NCBI GenBank assembly: GCA_017557785.1
Contig: JAFYYA010000050.1
Span: forward strand, 32,281 to 96,280
Length of the DNA: 64,000 bases
Origin: Salinivirgaceae bacterium
GTDB taxonomy: Bacteria; Bacteroidota; Bacteroidia; Bacteroidales; SZUA-534
Direction of reading: 5' to 3'
Shown here: one piece after another, positions 1 to 10,133 of the stretch
Layout of the letters: every line of letters starts with the position of its first letter
How positions within the stretch are numbered: position 1 is the stretch's first letter
Position numbers and translations under genes: made by a program
The notes under the pieces: model-generated
Seen by the model: the letters and a program-made list of their open reading frames with translations, nothing else
Told to the model about the DNA's origin: nothing
The model's database searches: none

Positions 1-327
1 ACTTGCATTTGTGAACATGCTTTTGCTCTGTGCAAAAGTTTAGTTTCTATAAGAATTCCAGATTCAGTTACAATGATTGGAAAGGATGCATTCTTCAAAT
101 GTGGAGGTTTAATATCGATAAACATTCCAAAATCGGTTGAATACATTGAGAAGGGGGCGTTTTTCGGATGCACAAATGCAATAATAGAATGTGAAGCGGA
201 AGCATTACCAAAAGATTGGAACGAAAACTGGAATGAAGGTTCAAGGGAAGAAGATTATGATAAGTGGACGATAAAAGTGGATTATAAGGGAGGAAATGTT
301 ATTTGGGGCGTCAAAGCCAACCAATAA
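1..327 (+). CDS. BspA/LRR_5 leucine-rich repeat protein, C-terminal part (5' truncated by window edge)
   Basis: Frame open from base 1: TCICEHAFALCKSLVSIRIPDSVTMIGKDAFFKCGGLISINIPKSVEYIEKGAFFGC = IPxSVxxIxxxAFxxC repeats; AT-rich. Confidence 0.85.
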   Translation, partial: TCICEHAFALCKSLVSIRIPDSVTMIGKDAFFKCGGLISINIPKSVEYIEKGAFFGCTNAIIECEAEALPKDWNENWNEGSREEDYDKWTIKVDYKGGNVIWGVKANQ

Positions 328-348
328 CTCTCATAATTTCAACAGAAT

Positions 349-381
349 AAAAAAGGTGAGCCGTTCTGACTCACCTTTTTT
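349..381. terminator. Bidirectional intrinsic terminator
   Basis: AAAAAAGGTGAG-ccgttctga-CTCACCTTTTTT between convergent genes. Confidence 0.85.
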
Positions 382-399
382 GTATCGTGTTTTTTCGGT

Positions 400-2022
400 T
401 TACTCACTAATCCTGAACCAATCGAAATCGGCATAGCCGCCTGGCTCTTTGGTAGAGTAGAAGAAGAGTGCGTAGCGCTGGCCCATAAAGTGGTCGAGGC
501 TGTACGACATTGGCAGGGTGTCGCCGATTTGGTTCCATTGCTTGCCGTCGAGCGAGTAGTGGAAGACGGCCTTGTCAACGCCGTGGCTGCCAATGGCGCT
601 CTCGTCGGCAATGCGGCTGAAGTCGCAGTCGGCTTTGAAATAGACGGTGCTGGCATTGACAGGAACGCTTGCCACAACGTGCTGAACGCCGCGGCGTGGC
701 GGCCAGGGTGCACCGTCGGCGTTGGCTTCGGGCTGGTTGTTAACCATCACAATCGATTTTTTATCACCATCGTTCTGAATGGCCACAAAGCCGAATTTTC
801 CAGCCAGCAGGGCAAGTCCTGCAACATCGCCGTCTTTCAGGTTCGATGCATCGAGACAGGCGCTGCCCGAGCATTTCGGACCAATGGTGCGCTGTGTGAG
901 CATATTGCGGCTCTGGGTGAACAGTGTGTCGGTGCGGTCGGTGCGGAAGCGGATAAAGCCTTTGCGCTCGCTCATTGTCCAGAGGCTGTTCACGGGATTG
1001 TGGTTCCACTGCCAGACAATTTTCGGCTGGTCACCATCGAACTCATCGCTATCGACAATGCCTGGAATCAGGCTGCCGTTTGCTGGCAGGTCGAGCGTTT
1101 CGGGCACTTTGCCATCGACACCCAGAACTGGCCAACCATCTTCCCAAACAACCGGGACAAGGTAGGGGATTCGGCCCACAGCGCCACGGTCGCCGAACAG
1201 GTAGGCGAACCAGCGGCCGTCGGGCGTGTCAATGAGTCCGCCCTGAGCCACACCCTTGTCCTGCAGCAAAACGCGGCCTTCGTACGGGCCGAACAGGTTG
1301 TCGGCGCGGTGGCAGATAACGGTGCGCACACCGCCGCGCGGCCAGCAAATGTTGAACAGGTAGTATTTGCCGTTGATTTTGAACATCTGCGAGCCTTCGG
1401 CGCCCAGCATCAGGTTTTCGCCTGCGGGCAGACCAGCGTTCTCAATCAGAACCTTCTCTGATTCTGGCTTGATTCCGCTGAAATCGGGCTCAACTTCGCG
1501 AATGAAGATTTTGCCGCCGCCGTTTATCATATAAATGTGTCCATCTTCTTCAAACACAATGGTATGGTCGTGGTGCGAAGGACGGAACTCGTGGCGTTCC
1601 CACGTGCCATTCTCAATGTTGTCGGTGGTGAAAAAGTAGGTTTTGCCCGTCACCTGGTCGAAAGTGCTGACAAAGAATTTGCCGTTCACGTAGCGAATGC
1701 AACTTGCCCACGAGCCTTTGCCGTAGGTGTTCTTGCCGTTCAAGAGCATCGTCTCGTCCTGGTCGCCCAAGGTCTCGTATGCGTAGCCGGCTATCTCCCA
1801 ATTGCTCAAGTCTTTCGACTTCATAATTGGCACGCCTGGGTTCATATGCATCGTGGTGCTACTCATATAATATGTGTCGCCCACGCGCATCATCGACATA
1901 TCGGGCACATCGGCCCAAATCATTGGGTTGGTGAAGCCCGTTTCGGTGCTTGCACTCTTCTGGCCGTTGCATCCGCACATTATCGCGGCAGCGGCTAACA
2001 GGGTGATTGATAGGTGTTTCAT
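400..2022 (-). CDS. GH43 beta-xylosidase/arabinofuranosidase lipoprotein with C-terminal beta-sandwich
   Basis: Lipobox-like MCGC; NPMIWADVPD, WAS, HHD, AEGSQ motifs; WQWNHNP C-domain. Confidence 0.9.
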   Translation of the reverse strand: MKHLSITLLAAAAIMCGCNGQKSASTETGFTNPMIWADVPDMSMMRVGDTYYMSSTTMHMNPGVPIMKSKDLSNWEIAGYAYETLGDQDETMLLNGKNTYGKGSWASCIRYVNGKFFVSTFDQVTGKTYFFTTDNIENGTWERHEFRPSHHDHTIVFEEDGHIYMINGGGKIFIREVEPDFSGIKPESEKVLIENAGLPAGENLMLGAEGSQMFKINGKYYLFNICWPRGGVRTVICHRADNLFGPYEGRVLLQDKGVAQGGLIDTPDGRWFAYLFGDRGAVGRIPYLVPVVWEDGWPVLGVDGKVPETLDLPANGSLIPGIVDSDEFDGDQPKIVWQWNHNPVNSLWTMSERKGFIRFRTDRTDTLFTQSRNMLTQRTIGPKCSGSACLDASNLKDGDVAGLALLAGKFGFVAIQNDGDKKSIVMVNNQPEANADGAPWPPRRGVQHVVASVPVNASTVYFKADCDFSRIADESAIGSHGVDKAVFHYSLDGKQWNQIGDTLPMSYSLDHFMGQRYALFFYSTKEPGGYADFDWFRISE

Positions 2023-2160
2023 TGAGTTGAAAGTTTAAAAGTTATAAGTTTAAAGAGTTGAAACGCTTCGCTGTTTAACAGGTTTAATCACTATTCAAAA
2101 ATCAAAAATCGAAAATTAAAATCTGCGTAAATCCGTTAAATCTGTGTCATCTGCGTTCCT
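2023..2160. repeat. Composite intergenic tandem micro-repeat block (AAGTTTA-type, AAAAATC heptamers, ATCTGCGTA nonamers)
   Basis: agttgaa agtttaa aagttat aagttta...; aaaaatc aaaaatc gaaaatt; atctgcgta aatccgtta aatctgtgt catctgcgt. Confidence 0.8.
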
Positions 2161-2169
2161 TAATACACT

Positions 2170-3387
2170 CTATTCAAACAGCCCCAAATCAACATACTCG
2201 CCCAGAGCCTTGTGACCGTTGGCGTTGGGGTGCAGGTTGTCGTTGTCGTGCAGATTGGGGTTCATTACGGTGGTGTCCGAATCGCTGCAAATGGCTTTCT
2301 CAAAGTCGATTACGGCGTCGAACTTGCCGCAAGTGCGAATCCAGTTGTTTACGGCCAGACGGCACTCTTCCTTCTCGGGAGAGCCGTAGAAGCACTCTTT
2401 GAACGGCGTTACGGTTGCGCCGTAAATCTTCAGCCCGTGAGTGTGTGCCGAGTCAATCATTTTCGAATAGGCATCAATCAGTTCTTTTTCGGTCACGGCC
2501 GGATTTGGCGAGTAGCCCATATCGTTAACGCCTTCAAACAGAATAACATACTTAACGCCGGGCTGCTCAATCACGTCGCGATTGAAGCGCACCGAAGCGT
2601 TGGGGCCCAGTCCGCCGCGAATGACGCAGTTGCCGCCAATGCCCATATTGAGCACTGAAAGTTTGCTTGTGGCAGGATTGGCCAGCAGGCGCTCCGAGAA
2701 GACGTCGGTCCAGCGGTTCACCTTGTTGGTTGTCGAGCCGCGGCCGTCGGTAATTGAGTTGCCAACAATGGCAATGGCAGCTGTCGGTTCGTCGGCAACA
2801 ACGTCGAGGCGCTCAATGGTGTACCAGTGGTCGGTTGTGACGGCATCGGCAAAATCGGTGTTATTCAATTCGTTACCTGTCAGGATGTACGATGTTGTGC
2901 GTGACCCCGGATGGCCGGTGATGTCGCTTGGCACAAAGGTGTAGGCGATGGTCACAGCCACGTCCATACGCGGTGTCAGCGCAAACGGCAGCGCGTCGGA
3001 AATCACCGACTGGCCTTTTTCAATATCAATGGCCTGCTTTCCGCCAAATAGCACGTTCACGGCCTTTGCGGCGTCAATCTTGCTGCCTTCGAGGGCGGGA
3101 GCGAGGCTTACGGCGGCAATCTTCAGCACATCGTTGCCGAACTCGTTCGAGAGTTTCAGGCGCACGGTCTCGCCGCCGATTGACACGCGGATTTTCTGAC
3201 GAATAGTGTTTCCGCTGATTCCTGGCTCGGGCGGGCAGTTGTGCGGCTCGGTGAGTTGCACGGCAGTGCCCCAGGTTCCAACCCATCGCTGATTGTCAGC
3301 CTGTTTCACTGTTGATGATTGGCACGAAGTGCCCAAAATGGCGGCTGCCACAAGGCAGCAACTGATGAATTTGTTTAGTGATTTCAT
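2170..3387 (-). CDS. SGNH/GDSL hydrolase lipoprotein (putative carbohydrate esterase)
   Basis: Lipobox LGTSC; GNSITDG block I, GIGGN block II, EGVND block III, DNLHPN block V. Confidence 0.9.
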   Translation of the reverse strand: MKSLNKFISCCLVAAAILGTSCQSSTVKQADNQRWVGTWGTAVQLTEPHNCPPEPGISGNTIRQKIRVSIGGETVRLKLSNEFGNDVLKIAAVSLAPALEGSKIDAAKAVNVLFGGKQAIDIEKGQSVISDALPFALTPRMDVAVTIAYTFVPSDITGHPGSRTTSYILTGNELNNTDFADAVTTDHWYTIERLDVVADEPTAAIAIVGNSITDGRGSTTNKVNRWTDVFSERLLANPATSKLSVLNMGIGGNCVIRGGLGPNASVRFNRDVIEQPGVKYVILFEGVNDMGYSPNPAVTEKELIDAYSKMIDSAHTHGLKIYGATVTPFKECFYGSPEKEECRLAVNNWIRTCGKFDAVIDFEKAICSDSDTTVMNPNLHDNDNLHPNANGHKALGEYVDLGLFE

Positions 3388-3589
3388 TTTTGTAAAAATT
3401 TGTGCGTAATAATAATAAATGTATGTGATTGGTAATAAGTTTTAGGGGAAAACTTGCAAAGGAATGCTATTGTAAATCTATTGACGATTGATAATCAAAG
3501 AGTATTGTAAAATATGCTGCGATGAACTATTGCTCAAAATTTTGATTGCCAATGGTAAAGATTTTTTTTGGAAAGGCGAGATTATGGCT

Positions 3590-3597
3590 TATTTTTG
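3590..3597 (+). promoter_or_regulatory. Bacteroidota sigma-A -7 box for tRNA-Arg
   Basis: TATTTTTG (TAnnTTTG) 20 bp upstream of tRNA; TTTG at 3567-3570 as -33 element. Confidence 0.7.
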
Positions 3598-3617
3598 CGC
3601 CCGCAAAAGTAAATGAT

Positions 3618-3694
3618 GGTTCGGTAGCTCAGCTGGATAGAGCAACAGCCTTCTAAGCTGTGGGTCTTGGGTTCGAATCCCAACCGAATCACCA
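3618..3694 (+). tRNA. tRNA-Arg (anticodon TCT), CCA encoded
   Basis: Acceptor GGTTCGG/CCGAATC, anticodon arm ACAGC-CTTCTAA-GCTGT, T-loop TTCGAAT. Confidence 0.97.
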
Positions 3695-3696
3695 AA

Positions 3697-3732
3697 AAAA
3701 ACTCTCAAAGCCATTGACTTTGAGAGTTTTTC
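3697..3732. terminator. Bidirectional intrinsic terminator between tRNA-Arg and RND gene
   Basis: AAAAACTCTCAAAG-ccattga-CTTTGAGAGTTTTT. Confidence 0.85.
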
Positions 3733-3751
3733 TGTTTTATAAAAACATTGT

Positions 3752-6700
3752 TTATTTATAGTTTCCCGTTATCACCAAATACTTTGCCGCAGTAATCTGA
3801 TAGTTGCAGTTGGCTTCGGTCAGATTGTCTTTGGCTTGCTGGTAAACGGCTTGTGCCTCAAGTAAATCCGATATTCCGATGACGCCCGCCTGATAGTTGT
3901 TCTGGCTCACGGTCAGGTTCTCCTGTGCCTGGTCGACGGATTTTTGCGAGACTGAAATCTGGAAATCGTTCACGCTCAATTCATCGGTCATTTGGCGGAT
4001 CTGCAGGTTCATCAGTTCGGTTTTTTCGCTCAGTTGCATACGCGCCTGCTCAAGTTTCACGTTCTGCTGCTTGATTTTGTGGCTGCCGCCCCACCAGTCG
4101 GTGAGCGGAATGGTCACGGTGAGCATTCCCAGGGCGTTGGTCGAGCGGTTGTCCATCATATCGAGCCAGTAGCCCGCGCCAGCCACGGCCACCTGCGGCA
4201 TATACTCGCCGCGAATCATCTTCTTCTGCAACTCCTGCGCCTCCACGGCTTTGTTCAGCAGTTGGTACTCCTTGCGGCCTTCAACCAACTCCTCGGTTGT
4301 CGATTGGCTGACCTCCACAAGGCGGTCGAAATGGGCGGGCTCGAACTCAATGCTGTCGGTGTAAGGAATGCCAACGTGCTGACAGATAGCGCGTTTGGTG
4401 AGTTCAATGCCATTCTGAACCTTGCGGTAGTTGGTCTCCAACTCGTTCTGCTTCAACTGCACTTTCAGCAGGTCGTTGCGCTGCGCCAGGCCAGCCTCCA
4501 CGTAGTTGTTCACGTCGCGGTATAGCGTGTCGAGCATATTCTTGTACTCTTGCACCGTCTTGCCCTTCTCAATGAGCGACTGCAGCGTCCAGTAGAGTTC
4601 CTCGGTGCGAATCATCACCTCGTCAACGGCCATATCTTTCTTGTAATGGCTCACATCCTCGGCCAATGCAGCCAGTTTGTTGCCGTTGTGGATTCGGCCA
4701 CCGGCGTAGAGCGGCATTGCAACCGTCAGGGCGGCAGTGTTCATATAGTCCAGACTGTTCTTTTTATCTTCGATAATTTCTTGAATGATAGGTAGAAACT
4801 CCGACATTGTACCCATTATCGACTGCATTCCCTGCATCTTTGTCGAGAGTTCCGAAATCTGCTGCAGTTTGGCTGCGGCTTCGGCGTTGCCGGCCATTGC
4901 GGCTTGTTGCAGTTGTTCAATTTGGCCCGAAGCCTGCATCTGCTGCAGTTGTGCGGCTTGCTCCATCATGCCGTTGTAGGTGGGACTCGACGAGAGCATA
5001 TTGTCCGTCGACATATCCATATCGATTAGCGGATTAACCGATTTCATTGCCACGGCGGCTGCGCTCACAGTTGGGAAGTGCTTTGTGAAAGCCTCTTTTT
5101 TCTGCTGTTCGGCTGCTTCAATCTCCAAATCCGACTGCTTTATCTGTTGGTTGTTGAGCAGTGCGGCGTGTTTCAGCGAGTCAAGGCTAATCGGCTGTGC
5201 TTCAGCACGATTGGCAATCAACGCCGAAGCGCCGACGAGCAACACCACAACACCGAATTTGGCGAATTTCGGGTGGTAAGGAACCGACCACATATCAGGT
5301 TTCTTCAATTTATCATCGTACGAAACATCGTACAGAATCGGCAGAATGAAGAGTGCCAGCACCATTGATACGAGCAGGCCGAAGCAGATGACCGTTCCAA
5401 GCGGGCCCCACAGCGGTGAGCGGCTGATAATCATTGGCACAACGCCCATTGCGGCCGCAGCCGATGTCAGGAAGATTGGGCGCATACGGCGTTTGCCAGC
5501 GGCAATGGCGGCTTCGCGCACTGTAAGTTTCTCTTTGTCACGCAGTTCACGGGCGTAGTCGATTAGAATGATACCATTACGGACAATCATTCCGCAAAGA
5601 CTTGTGATGCCCACAAAAGCAGTGATACTGAACGGATAACCCATTAGTTTCAAACCGATTACGGCGCCAGGGATGGTCATCAGCATACCCGACATGATGA
5701 GCAGCACAACTTTGAATTTCTTGAATTGGAACAGCAACACGAAGAAAATCAGTATAATGCTCAGTCCCAATGCTATACCCATCGGCACAAACACTTCTTC
5801 GGTGCCTTCGTAGTCGCCGCCGTAGCTGATTGACGTTCCCACCGGCAGGTCGAGTGCGGCAATCTGCGGCATCATCTCGTTCAGAATGTTCGAAGCCACG
5901 TAGCCCGGCTTCTCGTCGATGACGATAGTGAGTGTGGGCACGCCGTTGCGGTGAACCACAGTGCCTTCGTTCCATTCAGGCCGCAGCGTGGCAATCGAGC
6001 GCAAGGGCACGGTTGTGAATGTCTTGGGCGACATAATGTATTTATTTTCAAGCGATTCGATGCCGTCAGTCTCGCCTTCGTTTTTCATTGTCAGCTCAAC
6101 GTCAACAGGATAGTCGCCTTCCCAGATGGTGGTGAGCGGCAGACTGTTGAATCCGGCCAGCAACGATGTGGCAATCAGGCTCTTGGATATGCCCATGCGG
6201 TTGGCTTTGTCGCGGTCAACATCGATGCGGACATTCTGTTGCATTTGGTCCCAGTCGGTGCGGGCCCAGCCGATGCCGTCAGTGCGGTTTACAATCTCAA
6301 ATATCTGTTTTTCAACCTTATGAATATCGTTTATCGAGTCAGATGATATGCGGATCTCGATTGGCGATGATGTGAACTGCATTGCCAGAATCTTCCACTT
6401 CACGTGTGCTTCGGCAAAACGGTCGGAATAGGTTGTCTCATAATCTCTTACGATGTCTTTTGTGGCCTGATTCGACACGGTGTTCACCAGCAGCTGACCG
6501 AAATTCGGCGCCGGCATTTTGGGCGCGTAAACAGTGTGGAATCGCGGCGAGCTTGTGCCGATGAAACTTGTGACATTGGTAACACGGCTGTCGTTAAGTA
6601 ACAGTTTTTCAACACTATCCACAACAACTTCGGTCTGCTTGAGCGACGAGCCGGTTGGCAGGTAAATCTCAACGGCAAACTGATTTCGTTCCATCTTCGG

Positions 6701-8374
6701 GAACAGCTCTTGGTCGATGGTGGTGAAGCCCCATAAAGACACACCGATTATCGCCAACGTGGCTAAAATCATCAGTCCGCGGTGTTTGAACGAACGTTCG
6801 AGCAGACGGTCGTAAACGCCTTGCATTACATCAAGGAACGAACGGCGCTGCTTCGTTTCGTCTTCATTTTCAGAGTGTTTCTTCAATCCTTTCTTAATGA
6901 ATACGAAATTCAGATATGGCACCATCAGTAGGGCCACAATCACCGAAATGACAAGCGCGATGGCTACCACTGTCGGTATGATTTCAAGGAATTCGCCGGC
7001 CGAGCCCGGAATCATGAAGCCCAGCGGCACATAAACGCAGATGATGGCGATGGTGGCCACAATCACCGAGCCGCTCAGCTCTTTGGCGCTCTTGATGGCC
7101 GAGTGCCATGGCGACAGACCATGGTCAATCATCTCTACGTGGTTGTCAATCACCACAATAGAGTTGTCTACAATCATGCCTAAAACCAAAATCAGCGATG
7201 CCAGTGACACCATTTCGAGCGTGATGCCGCAGAAATAGAGCACCGCCAGTGTTATCAGCACCGATATGGGCACTGTGATGCCGGCCACCGAAGCCACACG
7301 CAGCGGTAGAAGCAGCATTGTTACGCAGATGACGCAGACAATGGCTATCAGAAACTCGCGCATGAAGTCGTTCACCGACTCTTTCACGTATTTCGGCAGT
7401 TCCGAAATCTTCTCAACGTCAATTCCGTCAGGCAGTTGCGCTTTGAAAGTCTCGATGGCTTTGTCCACAGCTTCGCCGTACTCAACAATGTTGTTGCCGT
7501 TCTGCATCTCGAGCGAGAGCAGAATGGTCTTGCGGCCGTTTTGCTTGATATAGCTGTCTGGGTCTTCGTAGCGGCGCTCAATGGTGGCTATATCTTTGAG
7601 TCTCACCACATTGCCGTCGGGGTCAGAATAGACAATCTGCTCGGCAAGGTCTTTTTCCGACTCGAAATTCTCGCCAAAATGCATGTTGAGCTGCGTCTCG
7701 CCGTCGTCGATGTTGCCGGCATAACCCACAAGACCGTTGGCTTGGAACGCACTCAACAGCGATAACGATTTGATATTGTACTCGTTAAGCTTGTCGGGGT
7801 CGACGTTCACAAAAATCTTCTCTTTCTGCAATCCCACGTGCTTAACCTTTGATGTGGCGGGGATTTTGCGTACTTCGGCTTCAAGTTTTTTCAACTGAAG
7901 CTCAAGGTCTTTATAGGTGTGGTTATCGCTCGAAAGTGTTATCAATAAGGCAGATGTGTCGCCGAAATCAGAATTGGCGAAGAGCATCAGCACCCCCGAC
8001 GGCAACGTGGACTTCAGTTGGTCCAATCCGTGCTTGTATTTCGACCAGAACTCATCGGCATCTTTGCACTCAGGGGTCAGTTCCACAAACATATACATCA
8101 TTCCTTCGCGCGAATACGAATAAGTTCCGCTCTTCTTAACTTCCTTATAACCAAAGGTATAATTCTCAACGGCGGTGGTCAGTTGCTCGGCCACCTGTTC
8201 CGACGACGCGCCCGGATAAACGCCCACCACAAGTCCCTGACGGATAGTGAAAACGGGCATCTCATTGCGCGGCATCTTAATCAGCGCCACAATGCCCACA
8301 AGCATTAGCGAGAGCACAATGGTAATAACAACCGTGTTATTGCGCATTGCCCGTTCTATGAATGTTATTTTCAT
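3752..8374 (-). CDS. RND (AcrB/AcrD/AcrF family) efflux permease fused to C-terminal TolC-family outer-membrane factor
   Basis: N-terminal ~1020 aa: YPGAS, GMIVDNSIV, GMIVRNGIILID, RMRPIFLTS; C-terminal ~480 aa OEP repeats (HFPTVS, PLYAGG, YMPQV, YQAGVIGISDLLEAQ). Confidence 0.9.
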   Translation of the reverse strand: MKITFIERAMRNNTVVITIVLSLMLVGIVALIKMPRNEMPVFTIRQGLVVGVYPGASSEQVAEQLTTAVENYTFGYKEVKKSGTYSYSREGMMYMFVELTPECKDADEFWSKYKHGLDQLKSTLPSGVLMLFANSDFGDTSALLITLSSDNHTYKDLELQLKKLEAEVRKIPATSKVKHVGLQKEKIFVNVDPDKLNEYNIKSLSLLSAFQANGLVGYAGNIDDGETQLNMHFGENFESEKDLAEQIVYSDPDGNVVRLKDIATIERRYEDPDSYIKQNGRKTILLSLEMQNGNNIVEYGEAVDKAIETFKAQLPDGIDVEKISELPKYVKESVNDFMREFLIAIVCVICVTMLLLPLRVASVAGITVPISVLITLAVLYFCGITLEMVSLASLILVLGMIVDNSIVVIDNHVEMIDHGLSPWHSAIKSAKELSGSVIVATIAIICVYVPLGFMIPGSAGEFLEIIPTVVAIALVISVIVALLMVPYLNFVFIKKGLKKHSENEDETKQRRSFLDVMQGVYDRLLERSFKHRGLMILATLAIIGVSLWGFTTIDQELFPKMERNQFAVEIYLPTGSSLKQTEVVVDSVEKLLLNDSRVTNVTSFIGTSSPRFHTVYAPKMPAPNFGQLLVNTVSNQATKDIVRDYETTYSDRFAEAHVKWKILAMQFTSSPIEIRISSDSINDIHKVEKQIFEIVNRTDGIGWARTDWDQMQQNVRIDVDRDKANRMGISKSLIATSLLAGFNSLPLTTIWEGDYPVDVELTMKNEGETDGIESLENKYIMSPKTFTTVPLRSIATLRPEWNEGTVVHRNGVPTLTIVIDEKPGYVASNILNEMMPQIAALDLPVGTSISYGGDYEGTEEVFVPMGIALGLSIILIFFVLLFQFKKFKVVLLIMSGMLMTIPGAVIGLKLMGYPFSITAFVGITSLCGMIVRNGIILIDYARELRDKEKLTVREAAIAAGKRRMRPIFLTSAAAAMGVVPMIISRSPLWGPLGTVICFGLLVSMVLALFILPILYDVSYDDKLKKPDMWSVPYHPKFAKFGVVVLLVGASALIANRAEAQPISLDSLKHAALLNNQQIKQSDLEIEAAEQQKKEAFTKHFPTVSAAAVAMKSVNPLIDMDMSTDNMLSSSPTYNGMMEQAAQLQQMQASGQIEQLQQAAMAGNAEAAAKLQQISELSTKMQGMQSIMGTMSEFLPIIQEIIEDKKNSLDYMNTAALTVAMPLYAGGRIHNGNKLAALAEDVSHYKKDMAVDEVMIRTEELYWTLQSLIEKGKTVQEYKNMLDTLYRDVNNYVEAGLAQRNDLLKVQLKQNELETNYRKVQNGIELTKRAICQHVGIPYTDSIEFEPAHFDRLVEVSQSTTEELVEGRKEYQLLNKAVEAQELQKKMIRGEYMPQVAVAGAGYWLDMMDNRSTNALGMLTVTIPLTDWWGGSHKIKQQNVKLEQARMQLSEKTELMNLQIRQMTDELSVNDFQISVSQKSVDQAQENLTVSQNNYQAGVIGISDLLEAQAVYQQAKDNLTEANCNYQITAAKYLVITGNYK

Positions 8375-8376
8375 GA

Positions 8377-9405
8377 TTACAAACTAATTAAGCAATTGTT
8401 GGTTAATTTTTCCTTACCATTTTTCACAACCAAATCGCCTTCGTTCAGGCCCGATGTGATTTCCAGATATTTATCGTAATAATTTCCAGTTGTGACAATG
8501 CGTTTTTGCGCTGTATTTGTCTTTTTGTCAATCAGATACACATATTGCTGATTTTCGTTGTCCTTCGACACGCACAGGTAGGGCAGGAGCAGCCTTTTGG
8601 CGTTGTCGGCAATTTCGATTCTCACATCGCAAACCATACCAGGTTTGAGTTCGCCGCCGCGATTATTCACCTGAATTTTAGCCTCATAGGTGCGCGACAA
8701 GCGGTCGGCCACGGGGCTGATGTTGGTAACTTCACCGTTGAATTCCTTGCCGCCAAGCGCGCCGACAGTAAAGGTGGCGTCGGTACCTTTTGCAAGCTTG
8801 CCGATTTCCTTCTCGGGAATCGATATTTTGATGTTAACGGTTTTTAAATCAACAATTTCGATTGGTGCACCGGTGATTGAGATGGCCGACATTCCAGGCT
8901 CAACATTGCGGCGGCCAACAACACCGCTCACAGGCGATTTCAAGTCGCACTTTTTCAGGTTGTTTTCGGCAATTTTCAGCGACGAGTTGGCTTGTTCCAA
9001 ATTGGTCTGCATCTCAATCCACTTCACTTCGGGAAGGCTGCCCTTCTCGTAAACCGTTTTCAGGCGGTCGTAGGCGTCCTGTGCTTGTTTCTGTTTGGCT
9101 TGCGCCATATCGTACATGTTTCGTGCGTCGGTTTTGTCGATGGTGGCCAGCAGTTGTCCTTCCTTAACCGCATCGCCAGCTTCAACCAGCACCTTCTGCA
9201 CTGTTCCGGTCATCTCAAAAGTAAGCGGAATGGTCTGCCCGGCTTCCACCGTGCCGCTGAAATTCAGCCGCTGAACCGTCGACTGATTTACAACCGTAGC
9301 CGTTGTAACCTTGATTGGCGCGGTCTCAGCCGCTTTCTCGTTTTTGTTGGCACAGCCTGCAAGCAGTGCAAGCGCAAGTGCCGGTGTTAAAATTCTGATT
9401 TTCAT
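8377..9405 (-). CDS. RND periplasmic adaptor (membrane fusion) lipoprotein
   Basis: Lipobox LAGC; GDAVKEGQLLA, LKSPVSGVV, LKPGM, GLNEGD motifs; adjacent to RND gene. Confidence 0.92.
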   Translation of the reverse strand: MKIRILTPALALALLAGCANKNEKAAETAPIKVTTATVVNQSTVQRLNFSGTVEAGQTIPLTFEMTGTVQKVLVEAGDAVKEGQLLATIDKTDARNMYDMAQAKQKQAQDAYDRLKTVYEKGSLPEVKWIEMQTNLEQANSSLKIAENNLKKCDLKSPVSGVVGRRNVEPGMSAISITGAPIEIVDLKTVNIKISIPEKEIGKLAKGTDATFTVGALGGKEFNGEVTNISPVADRLSRTYEAKIQVNNRGGELKPGMVCDVRIEIADNAKRLLLPYLCVSKDNENQQYVYLIDKKTNTAQKRIVTTGNYYDKYLEITSGLNEGDLVVKNGKEKLTNNCLISL

Positions 9406-9418
9406 TTTGTTTTGTTAT

Positions 9419-9449
9419 TTTATGATTTGTGAATTATGATTTCTAATTG
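9419..9449. repeat. Heptamer tandem micro-repeat upstream of MFP start
   Basis: ttatgat ttgtgaa ttatgat ttctaat. Confidence 0.5.
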
Positions 9450-9482
9450 TTTTTATGGGTTCTATTGTCAGTTTTTTTTTAT

Positions 9483-9500
9483 TAATTGAACGTTCGGTAT
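9483..9500. promoter_or_regulatory. Putative TetR operator, copy 2
   Basis: taatTGAACGTTCGGTAT matches 13/14 of the core of the palindrome at 10134-10151. Confidence 0.6.
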
Positions 9501-9519
9501 CTTTGTTCGTTTTTAAAAA

Positions 9520-10113
9520 TCATTTCTTGAGCAGTGCGTAAAACTGATTAAGTTCAGCGCGCAGGTTGTTCACTGTTTCTTCGATAGTGTGATTGTGTAG
9601 CACTTCGGTGGCCGTTCCCAATGTGGTTGAGAATAGTTGTTTTGCCACAATGGTAGGGTCGATGTCCGAGCGAATTTCTTCACTGTCGATGGCTCGCACC
9701 ACCACGTCGCGTAGCCGGTTGATGCAAGTGTCAATCTCGTTGAGTTTCGATTTGGCAAATTCGGAGTAGTGACGGAAGGCATCGCTCATTATGCCAATAA
9801 AACTGATGGGGTTGAATTTCATATCCTTGGGACACAGGCTGCGTAAAACGTTTTCAGCATCTTGCGCGCAAATCTCAATCACTTCCTTAACGGTGATATC
9901 GGCTCGTCCATCTTTAGATAAAAATGATGGAAAGTGCTTGTCAATCACCGCTTTGAATAAATCTTCCTTGTTGGTGAAGTGGTGATAGAGAGCCCCTTTT
10001 GTCAGCCCAATGGCATCGCTGATGGTGCTAATTGAAACGGCTTCGTAGCTTTGTGTCAGGAAAAGCTTGTAGGCTTCGTCGATGATAAAATCTCTCGTAT
10101 CGTTCATAATCAA
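9520..10113 (-). CDS. TetR/AcrR family transcriptional regulator
   Basis: N-terminal HTH LFLTQSYEAVSISTISDAIGLTKGALYHHFTNKEDLF. Confidence 0.93.
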   Translation of the reverse strand: MIMNDTRDFIIDEAYKLFLTQSYEAVSISTISDAIGLTKGALYHHFTNKEDLFKAVIDKHFPSFLSKDGRADITVKEVIEICAQDAENVLRSLCPKDMKFNPISFIGIMSDAFRHYSEFAKSKLNEIDTCINRLRDVVVRAIDSEEIRSDIDPTIVAKQLFSTTLGTATEVLHNHTIEETVNNLRAELNQFYALLKK

Positions 10114-10133
10114 TAATTTATATTAACCGTTAA

